From Gemmatimonadota bacterium (GTDB taxonomy: Bacteria > Gemmatimonadota > Gemmatimonadetes > JACCXV01 > JAHWKZ01), in assembly GCA_035513155.1 (NCBI GenBank), contig DATKCO010000019.1, positions 3,576 through 67,575 on the forward strand: DNA of 64,000 nucleotides. Reading direction: 5' to 3'. Shown here in pieces: positions 27,343-38,094 of this stretch (position 1 is the first letter of the stretch; every line of letters begins with the position of its first letter). A program made the translations under genes and the position numbers. The notes beneath the pieces were generated by a model, which worked only from the letters and a program-made list of their open reading frames with translations, was not told the DNA's origin and did not search any database.

Positions 27343-28721
27343 GCGGCGCCCCCGTGAACGTGAGCGGGGCGCGCGTCGGCGTGCTCGGCCTGGGCCGGTC
27401 GGGGACCGGAGCGGCCCGGCTGCTGGCCGACCGCGGCGCCGAGGTCTACGCGTCGGACGTGTCTTCGGACACGGCGATCGTCGGGGCGGCCGCCGAACTC
27501 GCCGATCTGGGCGTCGCGGTCGAGACCGGTAGGCACGACGTGGGGCGGCTCGAGGAGTGCGACTGGATCGTCGTCAGCCCGGGGATCCCGCCGCGCGCGG
27601 CGGTGCTCGCCGAGCCCGGGGTCACGGCGCGCCCGATCTACAGCGAGGTCGAGGTCGCGAGCTGGTTCGCGCGGGCCCCGATCGCGGCCGTCACGGGGAC
27701 CAACGGCAAGACGACGACGACCGCGCTCCTGGGGGCGATCGCCGCGACGGGCGGCCTCGCGGTGAGCGTCGCGGGGAACATCGGCCGCGCGTTCTCGGAG
27801 GCGGTGCTCGACGACGATCCCCAGTGGTTCGTCGTCGAGGTCTCCTCGTTCCAGCTGGCGCGGATCGACCACTTCCGCCCGCGCGTCGCCGTGGTCCTGA
27901 ACCTGACCCCCGACCATCTCGACGTGTACGCGTCGATGGCGGAGTACGCGGCCGACAAGGCGCGGATCGCGGAAAACATGGCGGCCGGTGACCACCTATG
28001 CCTGAACGCCGAGGACCCGGCGCTCGAGCCCTTCGGCGCCGGCCGGCCGCTGGAGCGCCACCGCTTCCACCGCCGCCGGCCCGTCGAGCGGGGCGCGTGG
28101 ATCGATGACGGATGGATCGTCCTGTCGGGCGAGCCGGACGCGGGGCGGGTGGCGTCCGTGGACGCGATCCGGATCCCGGGGGACCACAACCTCCAGAACG
28201 CGCTGGCCGCCTCGCTCGCCGGCTCGCTGATGGGAGTGGAGCGCGGCGCGATCGCCAGCGCGTTGGCGGAGTTCCGTGGCGTGCCCCATCGCCTGGAGAC
28301 GGTCGCCGAGCTGGGTGGCGTGACGTTCGTCAACGACTCGAAGGCGACCAACGTCGACTCCGCCCTGGTGGCGCTGGAGGCGTTCGACGTCCCGCTGGTC
28401 GTGATCCTCGGCGGGCGTCACAAGGAGTCCCCCTACGCGCCGCTGGCACCTGCGCTCGAGCGGCGCGGACGTCGGGTGCTGGCGATCGGTGAGGCCGCCG
28501 GTCGGATCGAGCGCGAGCTAGGCCCCGTGGTCGCGGTCGAGGTGGTGGAGACCCTCGACCGCGCGGTCGCCCGCGCCGCCGCCGTCGCGCGGCCGGGTGA
28601 CGTCGTGCTGCTCTCGCCCGCCTGCTCGTCGTACGACCAGTTCGCCCACTACGAGGAGCGCGGGGACCGGTTCCGCGAGCTGGTGCGGGCGCTGGGTGCC
28701 CGCGCGGGAGCGACGCCATGA
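27339..28721 (+). CDS. murD: UDP-MurNAc-L-Ala:D-Glu ligase
   Basis: Internal ATG (ATGA overlap). 460 aa with GLGRSG, VTGTNGKTTT and NDSKATN motifs. Confidence 0.9.
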   Translation: MSGAPVNVSGARVGVLGLGRSGTGAARLLADRGAEVYASDVSSDTAIVGAAAELADLGVAVETGRHDVGRLEECDWIVVSPGIPPRAAVLAEPGVTARPIYSEVEVASWFARAPIAAVTGTNGKTTTTALLGAIAATGGLAVSVAGNIGRAFSEAVLDDDPQWFVVEVSSFQLARIDHFRPRVAVVLNLTPDHLDVYASMAEYAADKARIAENMAAGDHLCLNAEDPALEPFGAGRPLERHRFHRRRPVERGAWIDDGWIVLSGEPDAGRVASVDAIRIPGDHNLQNALAASLAGSLMGVERGAIASALAEFRGVPHRLETVAELGGVTFVNDSKATNVDSALVALEAFDVPLVVILGGRHKESPYAPLAPALERRGRRVLAIGEAAGRIERELGPVVAVEVVETLDRAVARAAAVARPGDVVLLSPACSSYDQFAHYEERGDRFRELVRALGARAGATP

Positions 28722-29941
28722 GCGCGCGGCGGTCCCGGGTGCGCGCGTCCGCGACCCACAAGGTCCCGGCGGCCCGTCGAAGTCCCGTCGACACCCACCT
28801 GCGAGCCTGCGTCCTGCTGCTGGTGGGGTTCGGCCTCGTCATGGTGTACAGCGCCAGCTCGGTCCTCTCGATGGCGCATTTCGGCAGCAGCACCGCGTAC
28901 TTCACCAGCCAGCTTTCGAAGGCGGTCGTGGGGCTCGTCCTCCTGTTCGTCTTCGCGCGGCTCGATTACCGGTTCTGGCAACGCGCGGCGAAGCCGATGC
29001 TGTGGGTGGCGATGGGGCTACTGATCGCGCTCGTCGCCCCGCTTCCCGAGCGGCTCTCGCCCGAGATCAACGGCGCCCGCCGGTGGCTCGCGGTTCCCGG
29101 CTTCACCTTCCAGCCGATCGAGGTGGCGAAGCTCGCCCTCATCGTCTGGCTGGCGGCGACGATCGTGAAGAAGGGGGAGCGGGTCGACGACGCGTCCGGG
29201 GGGCTGGCGCCGCTCCTGGTGCCGCCGCTCCTGATGGCGGGAATGGTCGTCCTGCAGCCGGACTTCAAGGGCGCCAGCATCCTCATCATGCTGACCGGCG
29301 TGATGCTCTGGCTGGGTGGGGTGCGGGCGAAGTTTCTCGTCCGGATGGCGGCCGCGGCACTTCCCCTGGGGATCGTGGTCATGGTGCTGGAGCCCTACCG
29401 GCTGCAGCGGATCCGCGCCTTCTTCGACCGCGGCGAGGACATCCAGGGGATCTCCTACCAGATCAACCAGTCCCTTATCAGCCTGGGATCGGGGGGGTGG
29501 TTCGGGGTCGGGCTCGGTTCGAGCAAGCAGAAGTTTGCGTTCCTGCCGATGGCCCACACCGACTTCATCGTCTCGATCGTGGGCGAGGAGCTGGGGCTGC
29601 TGGGGACCCTGATGCTCCTGGGACTGTTCCTGTACCTCGGGACCCTGGGGTACCGCGCCGCCCGGCGCGCTCCCGACGCGTTCGGCTTCCTGCTGGCCTC
29701 CGGCATCACGACGATGGTGCTCCTGTCCGCGCTCCTGAACCTCGGCGTGGCGACCGCCGTGCTGCCGACGACGGGACTGCCGCTGCCCTTCATCTCCTAC
29801 GGCGGCACGGCGCTGATCGTGCAGCTGGCCGGCATGGGGATCGTGCTGAGCGTCTCACGCGACGCGGTGGCCGTCCCGCGCCGCCGGGAGCGTGCGGCGC
29901 GCTGGCTGTTCGGGAGGAGGGCGTGGGATGGCGCGGCATGA
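28718..29941 (+). CDS. ftsW: SEDS-family peptidoglycan glycosyltransferase FtsW
   Basis: 407 aa polytopic protein with QPIEVAKL, HTDFIVSIVGEELG and LPFISYGGT motifs. ATGA overlap with murD. Confidence 0.9.
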   Translation: MSARRSRVRASATHKVPAARRSPVDTHLRACVLLLVGFGLVMVYSASSVLSMAHFGSSTAYFTSQLSKAVVGLVLLFVFARLDYRFWQRAAKPMLWVAMGLLIALVAPLPERLSPEINGARRWLAVPGFTFQPIEVAKLALIVWLAATIVKKGERVDDASGGLAPLLVPPLLMAGMVVLQPDFKGASILIMLTGVMLWLGGVRAKFLVRMAAAALPLGIVVMVLEPYRLQRIRAFFDRGEDIQGISYQINQSLISLGSGGWFGVGLGSSKQKFAFLPMAHTDFIVSIVGEELGLLGTLMLLGLFLYLGTLGYRAARRAPDAFGFLLASGITTMVLLSALLNLGVATAVLPTTGLPLPFISYGGTALIVQLAGMGIVLSVSRDAVAVPRRRERAARWLFGRRAWDGAA

Positions 29942-31034
29942 GGACGACGGCGAGGTGCGCGTAGTGATCGCGGGCGGAGGCACCGGTGGGCACCTGACCC
30001 CCGCGCTCGCGCTCGCGCGGGAGCTCGTCTCCCGGCCGCGCCCGGCGGTCGTCACGCTGGTCGGCGGTGACCGCGGTCCCGACCGCCGGGTCTACGAGGG
30101 CTCGGGGCTGCCCTTCCGGATCCTCGCCGCGCCGCGGCTCGAGCGCGGCCGCTGGTGGCGGAACGTGGCGCTGCCGGCGCGGCTCACCGCGGCGGTCGTA
30201 GCCGCCGGGCGGCTGGTCGCCGAGCTCGACCCGCACGTCGTCGTGGGGACGGGGGGCTACGTCTCGGTCCCCGCCGTGTTCGCGGCCGCGCTGGCCCGGC
30301 GCCCGATCGTGCTCCAGGAGCAGAACAGCCGCCCCGGGGTGGCGACGCGGTTCCTCGCGCGCTGGGCGGACCTGGCGTGCGTCCAGTTCGAGGGCGCGGC
30401 CCGGGATCTGGCGGGACGGACGCGGGTCGAGGTGACAGGAAGCCCGATCGAGCCCCAGTCGCCGGCCCCGGCGCCGTTCGCGGACCGCCTCGATCCCTCC
30501 CGGCCCACCCTCGGCGTGTTCGGGGGGAGCCTGGGCGCCACGGCGCTCAACGACGCGCTGCTGGGCCTCTTCTCCGAGATCCCGGCGCCCGATTTCGACA
30601 TCGTCTGGCAGACCGGCCCGGCCGACCACGCGCGCGTCGCCGGCGCGCGGGAGTGGCCGCGCGGGATCGTGATCGAGCCGTTCTTCTCGCCCATGGCCGC
30701 CGTCTATCCCCACCTCGACCTGATCCTGTGCCGGGCCGGGGCGATGACGCTGGCCGAGGTCACCGCGTGGGGGCTGCCGTCGATCCTCGTCCCCTACCCG
30801 CACGCGACCGACGACCATCAGACGCTGAACGCCCGCGACCTCGAGGCGCGGGGCGCGGCGATCGTGGTGCCCCAGCCCGAGCTGTCCGCGCGGCGACTGG
30901 CGAACCTGCTCTTGGGGCTGTTCGGCGATCCGGAGCGGCGCGCGTCGATGTCCCGCGCCGCGCGCGCGGCGGCCCGGCCGGACGCCGCCCGGGTCGTCGC
31001 GGACCGGGTGCTCGAGCTCGCGGAGGCCGCGTGA
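29928..31034 (+). CDS. murG: UDP-GlcNAc:lipid I GlcNAc transferase
   Basis: Start MARHEDD... behind gggaggagg. 368 aa with GGGTGGHLTPALA and RAGAMTLAE motifs. Confidence 0.9.
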   Translation: MARHEDDGEVRVVIAGGGTGGHLTPALALARELVSRPRPAVVTLVGGDRGPDRRVYEGSGLPFRILAAPRLERGRWWRNVALPARLTAAVVAAGRLVAELDPHVVVGTGGYVSVPAVFAAALARRPIVLQEQNSRPGVATRFLARWADLACVQFEGAARDLAGRTRVEVTGSPIEPQSPAPAPFADRLDPSRPTLGVFGGSLGATALNDALLGLFSEIPAPDFDIVWQTGPADHARVAGAREWPRGIVIEPFFSPMAAVYPHLDLILCRAGAMTLAEVTAWGLPSILVPYPHATDDHQTLNARDLEARGAAIVVPQPELSARRLANLLLGLFGDPERRASMSRAARAAARPDAARVVADRVLELAEAA

Positions 31035-32464
31035 GCGGGTCGACCCCCCTCCTGGCGGACCGCCGCCGCGTCCACCTCATGGGGGTGGGCGGGGCGGGGA
31101 TGAGCGCGCTGGCCGAGTGGCTGCTCGACCGCGGCCACGACGTGAGCGGCTGCGATTCCCAGCCGTCGCCCGTCACCCGCCGGCTCGGGGAGCTCGGCGC
31201 GCGGATCGAGGAAGGGCACGACCCGGCCCACGTGGAGGGGGTGGAGGCGCTGGTCGTCTCGTCGGCGATCCCCCCCGGCCATCCGGAGCGGCGGGCGGCG
31301 GAGGAGCGCGGGATCCCAGTCGTCCGCCGGGCGGAGCTTCTGGGAGCGATCATGGAGCAGGCGCGCGGGATCGCCGTAGCCGGGACCCACGGGAAGTCGA
31401 CCACCACGGTGATGACCGGAGCCGTGCTCGAGGCCGCGGGCGAGGATCCGACCGTCCTCGTGGGCGGCCGGATCCGCGGCGGCGCGGGGAACGTGCGGCT
31501 CGGCCGCGGTCGGTGGCTGGTCGCCGAGGCGGACGAGTTCGACCGCTCGTTCCTGGCCCTCTCTCCCGAGCACGCGATCGTGACCAACGTCGAAGCCGAC
31601 CATCTCGACATCTACGGCACGCTGGAGGCGGTAGGCGAGGCGTTCGCCGCGTTCGTGGGACGGATCGCGACCGGGGGGTCCCTGATCCGGAGCGCGGACG
31701 ATCCCGGCGCCCGGCGGCTGGTGGCCCCGGAAGGGGTTGAGGTCGTGACCTTCGGCACCGCCAGAGGAGCCGACGTGCGGGCCGTGGAGGTCGAGCCCGC
31801 CCGCGGTAGCGTCGCCTTCGGGCTCCTCCTCGGCGGCGCGGACGCGGGCCGGGCGCGGCTCGCCATGCCGGGCCTCCACAACGTGCGGAACGCGCTGGCC
31901 GCCGCGGCGCTCGGCTGGCGGATCGGGGCCGACGCGGCGGCGATCCGCGCCGGCCTCGAAGCCGTGCGCGGCGTGGAGCGCCGGTTCCAGATCATCCACG
32001 AGGACGACGAGGCGATGTTCGTCGACGACTACGCGCATCACCCGTCGGAGATCGCGGCCACCCTGGCGGCGGCCCGGGGGAGCTGGCCCGAGCGGCGTCT
32101 GGTGGCCGTGTTCCAACCCCATCTCTTCACGCGCACGCGGGACTTCGCGGGCGAGTTCGGGATCGCGCTGTCGGCAGCGGACCTGGTGTTCGTCGCGGAC
32201 GTCTATCCGGCGCGCGAGCAGCCGATCGAGGGCGTCACCGGACGGCTCGTGAGCGACGCCGCGAAGAAGGCCGGGGCGCCCGTCGTGTACCTGCCGGACG
32301 AGACCGGGGGCGGGCGCGAGGTCGTGGACGTCGTCGAGGCCGCGCTCCAGCCGGGTGATCTCGTCGTCACGCTGGGGGCCGGGGACGTCGGCGAAGTCGC
32401 GCGCGGCCTCGCCGCGCGTCACGCGGACGCGGGAGGGAGGGGACGTGTCGGCGCCGGCGCGTGA
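31031..32464 (+). CDS. murC: UDP-N-acetylmuramate:L-alanine ligase
   Basis: Internal GTG (GTGA overlap). 477 aa with MGVGGAGMSALA, GTHGKSTT and DDYAHHPSEI motifs. Confidence 0.9.
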   Translation: MSGSTPLLADRRRVHLMGVGGAGMSALAEWLLDRGHDVSGCDSQPSPVTRRLGELGARIEEGHDPAHVEGVEALVVSSAIPPGHPERRAAEERGIPVVRRAELLGAIMEQARGIAVAGTHGKSTTTVMTGAVLEAAGEDPTVLVGGRIRGGAGNVRLGRGRWLVAEADEFDRSFLALSPEHAIVTNVEADHLDIYGTLEAVGEAFAAFVGRIATGGSLIRSADDPGARRLVAPEGVEVVTFGTARGADVRAVEVEPARGSVAFGLLLGGADAGRARLAMPGLHNVRNALAAAALGWRIGADAAAIRAGLEAVRGVERRFQIIHEDDEAMFVDDYAHHPSEIAATLAAARGSWPERRLVAVFQPHLFTRTRDFAGEFGIALSAADLVFVADVYPAREQPIEGVTGRLVSDAAKKAGAPVVYLPDETGGGREVVDVVEAALQPGDLVVTLGAGDVGEVARGLAARHADAGGRGRVGAGA

Positions 32465-33401
32465 GATCCGGATACCGGCCGCCTGCCGGGCGGACGTGGG
32501 GCTCGCCGCGCTCACGTACTGCAAGATCGGCGGGACCGCGCGCCTCCTCTGCGAAGCGGGGAGCGAGGCCGAGGTCTGGTCGGTGATCGAGTACCGGCGA
32601 CGGGAGAGCTTCTCCCACGACGACGTGGTCGTCCTGGGGGGCGGCGCCAACGTGCTGATCAACGACGCGCGCGACTACGGACTGGTGATCAAGCTGAGCG
32701 AGCACTTCAACGCCATCGAGGTCGACGAGGAGGCGGGCACGGCCCGGATCGAGGCGGGCATCTACACGCCTCGGCTCGTGCGCGAGGCGGGGCGGCGGGG
32801 CTGGGAGGGGTTCCAGTTCCTGGCCGGCGTCCCCGGTTCGCTGGGGGGCGCGGTGGTCATGAACGCGGGGGTCCGCGAGCTCTCGACCTGGGATCTCGTC
32901 GAGGCCGTCGAGGGATTCCGCTGGGCCGGCGAGCGCGTGCGGATCCCCCGCGCCGACGCGCGCCCGACGTACCGGCAGGGGAACCTGCCGCGCGACCTCA
33001 TCGTCACGCTGGTCGAGTGCCGCGTGCGGGGTGGGGACGCCGAGGCGATCCACGACAAGGCCCGCGATCTCGCCGCGTCCCGCCGCGAGACCCAGCCGCT
33101 CCGGTTCCCGTCGTGGGGCAGCACGTTCCGGAACCCCTCGGGGGCGTCCAGCACGGGAGTGACGGCCGGCGCGCTGATCGATTCCGCGGGCCTGAAGGGA
33201 TACCGGGTGGGCAACGCGGCGATCTCGGAGAAGCACGCCAACTTCATCGTCAACCTGGGAGGCGCCACCGCAGCCGACGCGCTGGCCTGTATCCGCGCCG
33301 CCTACGAGGCAGTTCGCGAGCGGCATGGCGTGCGCCTCGAACCGGAAGTCCGCCTGATCGGATTCACGCCCCACGATCTCGCGTTCCTGGAGGAAGCATG
33401 A
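32445..33401 (+). CDS. murB: UDP-N-acetylenolpyruvoylglucosamine reductase
   Basis: Internal GTG behind gggagggagggg. 318 aa with VLGGGANVL, GSLGGAVVMNAG and GSTFRNP motifs. Confidence 0.88.
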   Translation: MSAPAREIRIPAACRADVGLAALTYCKIGGTARLLCEAGSEAEVWSVIEYRRRESFSHDDVVVLGGGANVLINDARDYGLVIKLSEHFNAIEVDEEAGTARIEAGIYTPRLVREAGRRGWEGFQFLAGVPGSLGGAVVMNAGVRELSTWDLVEAVEGFRWAGERVRIPRADARPTYRQGNLPRDLIVTLVECRVRGGDAEAIHDKARDLAASRRETQPLRFPSWGSTFRNPSGASSTGVTAGALIDSAGLKGYRVGNAAISEKHANFIVNLGGATAADALACIRAAYEAVRERHGVRLEPEVRLIGFTPHDLAFLEEA

Positions 33402-34231
33402 GGCGGCTTCGCCGCCGCGCGCAGCTGGCCCGGCAGAACCGGCGGGTGGACCGGGAGCTCATGGCCGAGCGCCGGAGGAAGGCCGTCCGCGCCGCCCGCA
33501 CGGCGCTCCTGGCGGCGACGCTCGGGTTCGCCGGCTACCACGCGGTCCGCATGGCGGACGCCCGGGGCTGGATGGCTCTCTTCCGCGTCAAGGAGGTGCG
33601 GGTCGTGGGCGCCGAGGTGGCGCACCCCGGCGTGCTGGTGGCCGAGGCCGGACTCATGGGGGCCGAGCTCCACTACTGGTCGGTCCTCGACCCGTACGTC
33701 CAGCGCGTGAGGCGCGACCCGCTGGTCGAGAGCGCGCGGTTCAGGCGGCGCTTCCCGAACGGGCTGACGCTCGAGGTCACCGAGCGCCGGCCGGTCGCGC
33801 TCGTCGCGCTGGATCGCCTGACTCCGGTCGACAGCACGGGCGCGGTGCTCCCCGTGAACCCGTTCCACGCGGGGTGGGACGCGCCGGTCGTCAAGCCGGC
33901 GGGTCGCTCGCGGCGAGGTCCGGTCGTCCACGCCGGACGGGTGCGCGACGAGTCGGTGGCCTCGGTGGTCGCATGGCTGACCGAGGTCGGGCGTCGGTAT
34001 CCGGCGCTGGCGAGCGAGATCTCGAGCATCGAGATCGGCGCGGAGGGAACGCTCACCCTGCACCTCGTGCACGCGGCGGGCGAGGTGCTCCTCGCCCGGG
34101 ACACGCCGGTCGACAAGCTTGCGCTGGTGGACGACGTGGTGCGCGATCTCGAGGGGAAGGGCATCGCGTTCACGCGCATCGACCTGCGATTCCCGGACCA
34201 GATCGTGGTCCGGAAGAGGGCGGCATCGTGA
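33398..34231 (+). CDS. ftsQ: cell division protein FtsQ (POTRA domain)
   Basis: Internal ATG (ATGA overlap). 277 aa with a basic N-terminus, one TM helix and a POTRA-like VKEVRVVGAE segment. Position before ftsA. Confidence 0.8.
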   Translation: MRRLRRRAQLARQNRRVDRELMAERRRKAVRAARTALLAATLGFAGYHAVRMADARGWMALFRVKEVRVVGAEVAHPGVLVAEAGLMGAELHYWSVLDPYVQRVRRDPLVESARFRRRFPNGLTLEVTERRPVALVALDRLTPVDSTGAVLPVNPFHAGWDAPVVKPAGRSRRGPVVHAGRVRDESVASVVAWLTEVGRRYPALASEISSIEIGAEGTLTLHLVHAAGEVLLARDTPVDKLALVDDVVRDLEGKGIAFTRIDLRFPDQIVVRKRAAS

Positions 34232-34289
34232 AGCGGAGATCCCATGACCTTCATGGGGCGCCTGCGCCACGACACTGAAAGGGGGTCGG

Positions 34290-35528
34290 ATGTCCCGCGA
34301 GAACATCATCGTCGGTCTCGACATCGGGACCACCAAGATCGGCTGCATCATCGCCGAGCTCGACTCCGACCGGAACGTCAAGATCGTCGGCGTGGGGACG
34401 GCCCGGTCCGACGGCCTGCGGCGGGGTGTCGTCGTGAATCTGGAGAAGACGGTGGTCTCGATCGGTCGCGCGATCGAGGAGGCGGAGCTGATGGCCGGCG
34501 TCGAGGTGCGGAACGTCTACGCCGGGATCGCCGGAGACCACATCCGGTCGATCAACAGCCACGGCGTCATCGCGGTCTCGCGCGGGGGGGTGGAGATCAC
34601 CCGTAGCGACATGAACCGGGTGATCGACGCGGCCAAGGCGGTCGCGATCCCGATGGACCGGGAGATCCTCCACATTCTCCCCCAGGAATTCACCGTGGAC
34701 GACCAGAAGGGGATCAAGGATCCGACCGGGATGGCCGGGGTCCGGCTCGAGGTCGACGTCCACATCGTCACGGGGGCGGTCTCCTCCGCCCAGAATCTCG
34801 TCAAGGCGATCCAGCAGTCGGGCTACCAGGTGCGCGATCTCGTGCTGGAGCCGCTCGCCTCCTCTCACGGAGTCCTGACCGACGACGAGCGCGAGCTCGG
34901 GGTCGCCCTCGTCGACATCGGCGGGGGCACGACCGACATCGCCCTGTTCAACGAGGGCTCGATCCGCCATACGGCCGTCATCGGCTTGGGCGGGAACAGC
35001 GTGACCAACGACATCGCGATCGGTTTGCGGACGCCGGCGCGCGACGCCGAGCGGATCAAGGAGCGGTACGGCGCGGCTCTCGCCTCGATGGTCGATCCCG
35101 ACGAGGAGATCGTCGTGCCGCACATGGCCGGGCAGGGAGAACGGCGGGTGAGCCGGGAGCTGCTGGCCTCGATCATCCAGCCCCGCATGGAGGAGATCCT
35201 CGCGCTCGCCAAGGCCGACATCCGGAAGACCGGCTGGCACGACAAGATCCCCTCGGGATTCGTCCTCACCGGCGGCGCCTCGGCGCTGCCCGGAACCGCC
35301 GAGCTGGCCGAGCGGATCCTCGAGATGCCGGTTCGGATCGGACGCCCCCTCGGTGTCACCGGGCTGGTCGACTCGGTCGACGACCCGCGCTTCGCGACCG
35401 GTGTGGGGCTCGTGATCTACGGCAAGGACGCCGGCCGCGACGAGGGCCGCTTCGCCGCCGGCGACGACGACAAGCTGTGGGCGGGGGTGCTCGAACGGAT
35501 GAAGGAATGGCTGCATGACTTCTTCTAG
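34290..35528 (+). CDS. ftsA: cell division protein FtsA
   Basis: 412 aa actin-like ATPase with [21 protein letters not shown] and [11 protein letters not shown] motifs. Confidence 0.93.
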   Translation: MSRENIIVGLDIGTTKIGCIIAELDSDRNVKIVGVGTARSDGLRRGVVVNLEKTVVSIGRAIEEAELMAGVEVRNVYAGIAGDHIRSINSHGVIAVSRGGVEITRSDMNRVIDAAKAVAIPMDREILHILPQEFTVDDQKGIKDPTGMAGVRLEVDVHIVTGAVSSAQNLVKAIQQSGYQVRDLVLEPLASSHGVLTDDERELGVALVDIGGGTTDIALFNEGSIRHTAVIGLGGNSVTNDIAIGLRTPARDAERIKERYGAALASMVDPDEEIVVPHMAGQGERRVSRELLASIIQPRMEEILALAKADIRKTGWHDKIPSGFVLTGGASALPGTAELAERILEMPVRIGRPLGVTGLVDSVDDPRFATGVGLVIYGKDAGRDEGRFAAGDDDKLWAGVLERMKEWLHDFF

Positions 35529-35632
35529 CACTCGCCGGACACGAGGTCGCGCGTTTTCCGGCGACCCAGGATGTGCACCACCAGGAGCAGGACCGGGACC
35601 GGACGGAAACCCAAACGCAGGAGGAGACGCCC

Positions 35633-36856
35633 ATGTTGTTCCAGCTGGCTGACGCAGAGGAGCAGTTCGCCCGGATGAAGGTGGTCGGGGTCGGCGGCGC
35701 GGGTGGCAACGCGGTGAACCGGATGATCCAGGAGAAGCTGGTCGGGGTGGAGTTCATCTCGGTCAACACCGACGTCCAGGCGCTGTCGAACTCGGAGGCG
35801 CACCGGAAGATCCAGATCGGCAAGACGCTGACGCGCGGCCTCGGCTCGGGCTCGAAGCCCGACATGGGGCGGGAGGCGGTGGTGGAGAACCGGGACGACG
35901 TGGCGGAGGCCCTGCAGGGCGCGGACATGGTGTTCGTGACCGCGGGCATGGGTGGGGGAACCGGAACCGGCGCGGCGCCGGTCGTGGCCGAGATCGCTCG
36001 CGAGGCTGGCGCGCTGACGGTGGGAATCGTCTCGAAGCCGTTCACGTTCGAGGGGCGGAAGCGGCTGCTGGTCGCCGACGAGGGGATCGACGAGCTCCGG
36101 CAGGTCGTCGACACGCTGATCGTCGTCCCCAACGAGCGCCTGCGGGACGTGGTGGAGAAGGGGACCACGATCCAGGAGGCGTTCCGCGTGGCGGACTCCG
36201 TGCTGCTCAACGCGACCCGCGGGATCAGCGACCTGATTACCGTCACGGGGCTGGTCAATGTAGATTTCGCGGACGTCAAGACGATCATGACCGAGATGGG
36301 CCAGGCCCTGATGGGGACGGGCTACGGCGTTGGCGAGAACCGCGCCACCGAGAGCGCCCAGGAGGCGATCTCCAGCCCGCTCCTCGAGGACATGTCGATC
36401 GCCGGCGCAAGCGGCGTGCTGATCAACATCACGGGGGGTCCCGACCTGTCCCTGCACGAGGTCAGCGAGGTGTCGTCGGTCATCCACGACGCGGCCGGCG
36501 AGGAGGCGAACATCATCTTCGGCGCGGTCATCGATCCGGACCTGAAGGGTGAGATCCGGGTCACCGTGATCGCCACCGGTATCGGCGGCCACCGGCTGGC
36601 GGCGAGGCCGGTCGAGGGCGAGCGGGCGTACGGCCCGACGCACGATCCGCGCGCGACCGTGACGGCCCCGGCCCGCGCCGCGACGCGGCCGCAGGTGGTG
36701 CCGATCAAGGAGAGTGAGCCCGTGCTCGACGAGGCCGACGACCGCGAGGACGAAGGCGGCGGCCTGGACGACCTGCTGGACGTCTTCGAGCTCGAGGCGG
36801 ACAACCGCAAGGAGGACCTGGAGATTCCCGCTTTCATCCGGAGGCAGATGAGCTGA
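35633..36856 (+). CDS. ftsZ: cell division GTPase FtsZ
   Basis: ATG 35633 behind aggagga. 407 aa with [11 protein letters not shown] and the tubulin signature [12 protein letters not shown]. The C-terminal [11 protein letters not shown] peptide is present. Confidence 0.95.
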   Translation: MLFQLADAEEQFARMKVVGVGGAGGNAVNRMIQEKLVGVEFISVNTDVQALSNSEAHRKIQIGKTLTRGLGSGSKPDMGREAVVENRDDVAEALQGADMVFVTAGMGGGTGTGAAPVVAEIAREAGALTVGIVSKPFTFEGRKRLLVADEGIDELRQVVDTLIVVPNERLRDVVEKGTTIQEAFRVADSVLLNATRGISDLITVTGLVNVDFADVKTIMTEMGQALMGTGYGVGENRATESAQEAISSPLLEDMSIAGASGVLINITGGPDLSLHEVSEVSSVIHDAAGEEANIIFGAVIDPDLKGEIRVTVIATGIGGHRLAARPVEGERAYGPTHDPRATVTAPARAATRPQVVPIKESEPVLDEADDREDEGGGLDDLLDVFELEADNRKEDLEIPAFIRRQMS

Positions 36857-38094
36857 TGGAGGATTGGAAGGCACCGCCCCGCCCCGCGTTCCTCATCGCC
36901 CTGGGGGGCGCCGCGCTGGCCTGGTGGCTTGCCGGCGATCCGGCGCCCCCGACACCGGCGACGATCACGGCGGCGCCCCCGGCGCCGCCCGCGATCGTGG
37001 ACACGCTTCAGCCCGGCCAGACCCTCTCCGGCGTGTGGTCCGAGCACAGCCTCGACCCGGCCGACCTGAACCCGGTCGTCGAGGCCGGCATGAGCCTGTT
37101 CCCGCTGCGGAGCCTGCGGCCGGGAGCGGTGTATCACTTCACGTTCCGCCCCGATGGCCGGCTGGACGGACTCGACCTGCGGATCGATCGCGATCGGCGG
37201 CTGGTCGTCCGGCGCGCCGGGATCGGGTTCGCGGCCGCCCTGGAGGAGACGCCGTTCACGCGCGCGAGCCGCACGCTGTCGGCCTGCGTGGAGGGAAGCC
37301 TGTGGGAGACGATCACCAACGCCGGGGAGGACCCGGCCCTGGCGGTGCTCATGGCGGAGGTCCTTGCCGCGCAGGTCGACTTCTACACCGATCTGCGGGC
37401 CGGGGACTGCATGGCGGCCGTCTTCGCGGCCGACGTGCGCCCGGACGGGTCGTATCGGCTGGTCGAGCTGGACGCGGTCCGGCTCGAGGGGGCGAAGAAG
37501 ACCCACGAGGCGTACCGCTTCGCCGCCGATGGAGCGCGGTTCGACTGGTACGACGCGGACGGGCAGTCGCTCAAGCGCCGGTTCCTCCGCTCGCCGCTGA
37601 AGTTCACGCGGATCTCCTCGCGCTTCGGCGTCCGCATGCACCCCATCCTCCGTCGCCCCCGCAATCACGACGGCGTCGACTACGTGGCGCCCACCGGGAC
37701 TCCGGTGCAGGCCTCGGGGGACGGGGTCGTCAAGTTCGCCGGACGCCGCGGGGGATACGGGCTCCACATCGAGATCCAGCACGGCAAGGACTACGCGACC
37801 TCGTACTCGCACCTGTCCCGGATCGCGTCCGGCGTGCGGTCCGGCGCGACGGTGGCTCAGGGTCAGGTGATCGGAAGCGTCGGCTCGACCGGCATGTCGA
37901 CGGGCGCCCATCTCCACTACCGGTTCGTGAAGCACGGCCGGCTCGTCGACCCGCTGTCCACCGATCTCCCGGTGAGCACGCCGCTGGAGGGCGAGGACCT
38001 GGTCCGCTTCGCGAGCGTGCGGGACGGTCTCCGCGCGCGGATCGCGGCGCAGGAAGGCGGCCTGTGGGTCGCGGGAGGGAACTCGAGCCCGTGA
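36856..38094 (+). CDS. membrane-anchored M23 (LytM) family metallopeptidase
   Basis: 412 aa with an N-terminal TM helix and HDGVDYVAPTGTPV...GSTGMSTGAHLHY motifs. Its start shares 1 nt with the ftsZ stop (TGATG). Confidence 0.88.
   Translation: MEDWKAPPRPAFLIALGGAALAWWLAGDPAPPTPATITAAPPAPPAIVDTLQPGQTLSGVWSEHSLDPADLNPVVEAGMSLFPLRSLRPGAVYHFTFRPDGRLDGLDLRIDRDRRLVVRRAGIGFAAALEETPFTRASRTLSACVEGSLWETITNAGEDPALAVLMAEVLAAQVDFYTDLRAGDCMAAVFAADVRPDGSYRLVELDAVRLEGAKKTHEAYRFAADGARFDWYDADGQSLKRRFLRSPLKFTRISSRFGVRMHPILRRPRNHDGVDYVAPTGTPVQASGDGVVKFAGRRGGYGLHIEIQHGKDYATSYSHLSRIASGVRSGATVAQGQVIGSVGSTGMSTGAHLHYRFVKHGRLVDPLSTDLPVSTPLEGEDLVRFASVRDGLRARIAAQEGGLWVAGGNSSP

Noticed and set aside
26196-28721. Very long ORF-track entries that span two genes (also 5264-8002, 16050-18110, 36864-39995, 47625-50339, 48449-51166)
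   Set aside because: These are N-terminal over-extensions through the upstream gene in another frame. The real starts are internal ATG or GTG codons that overlap the upstream stop, and the conserved N-terminal motifs begin there.
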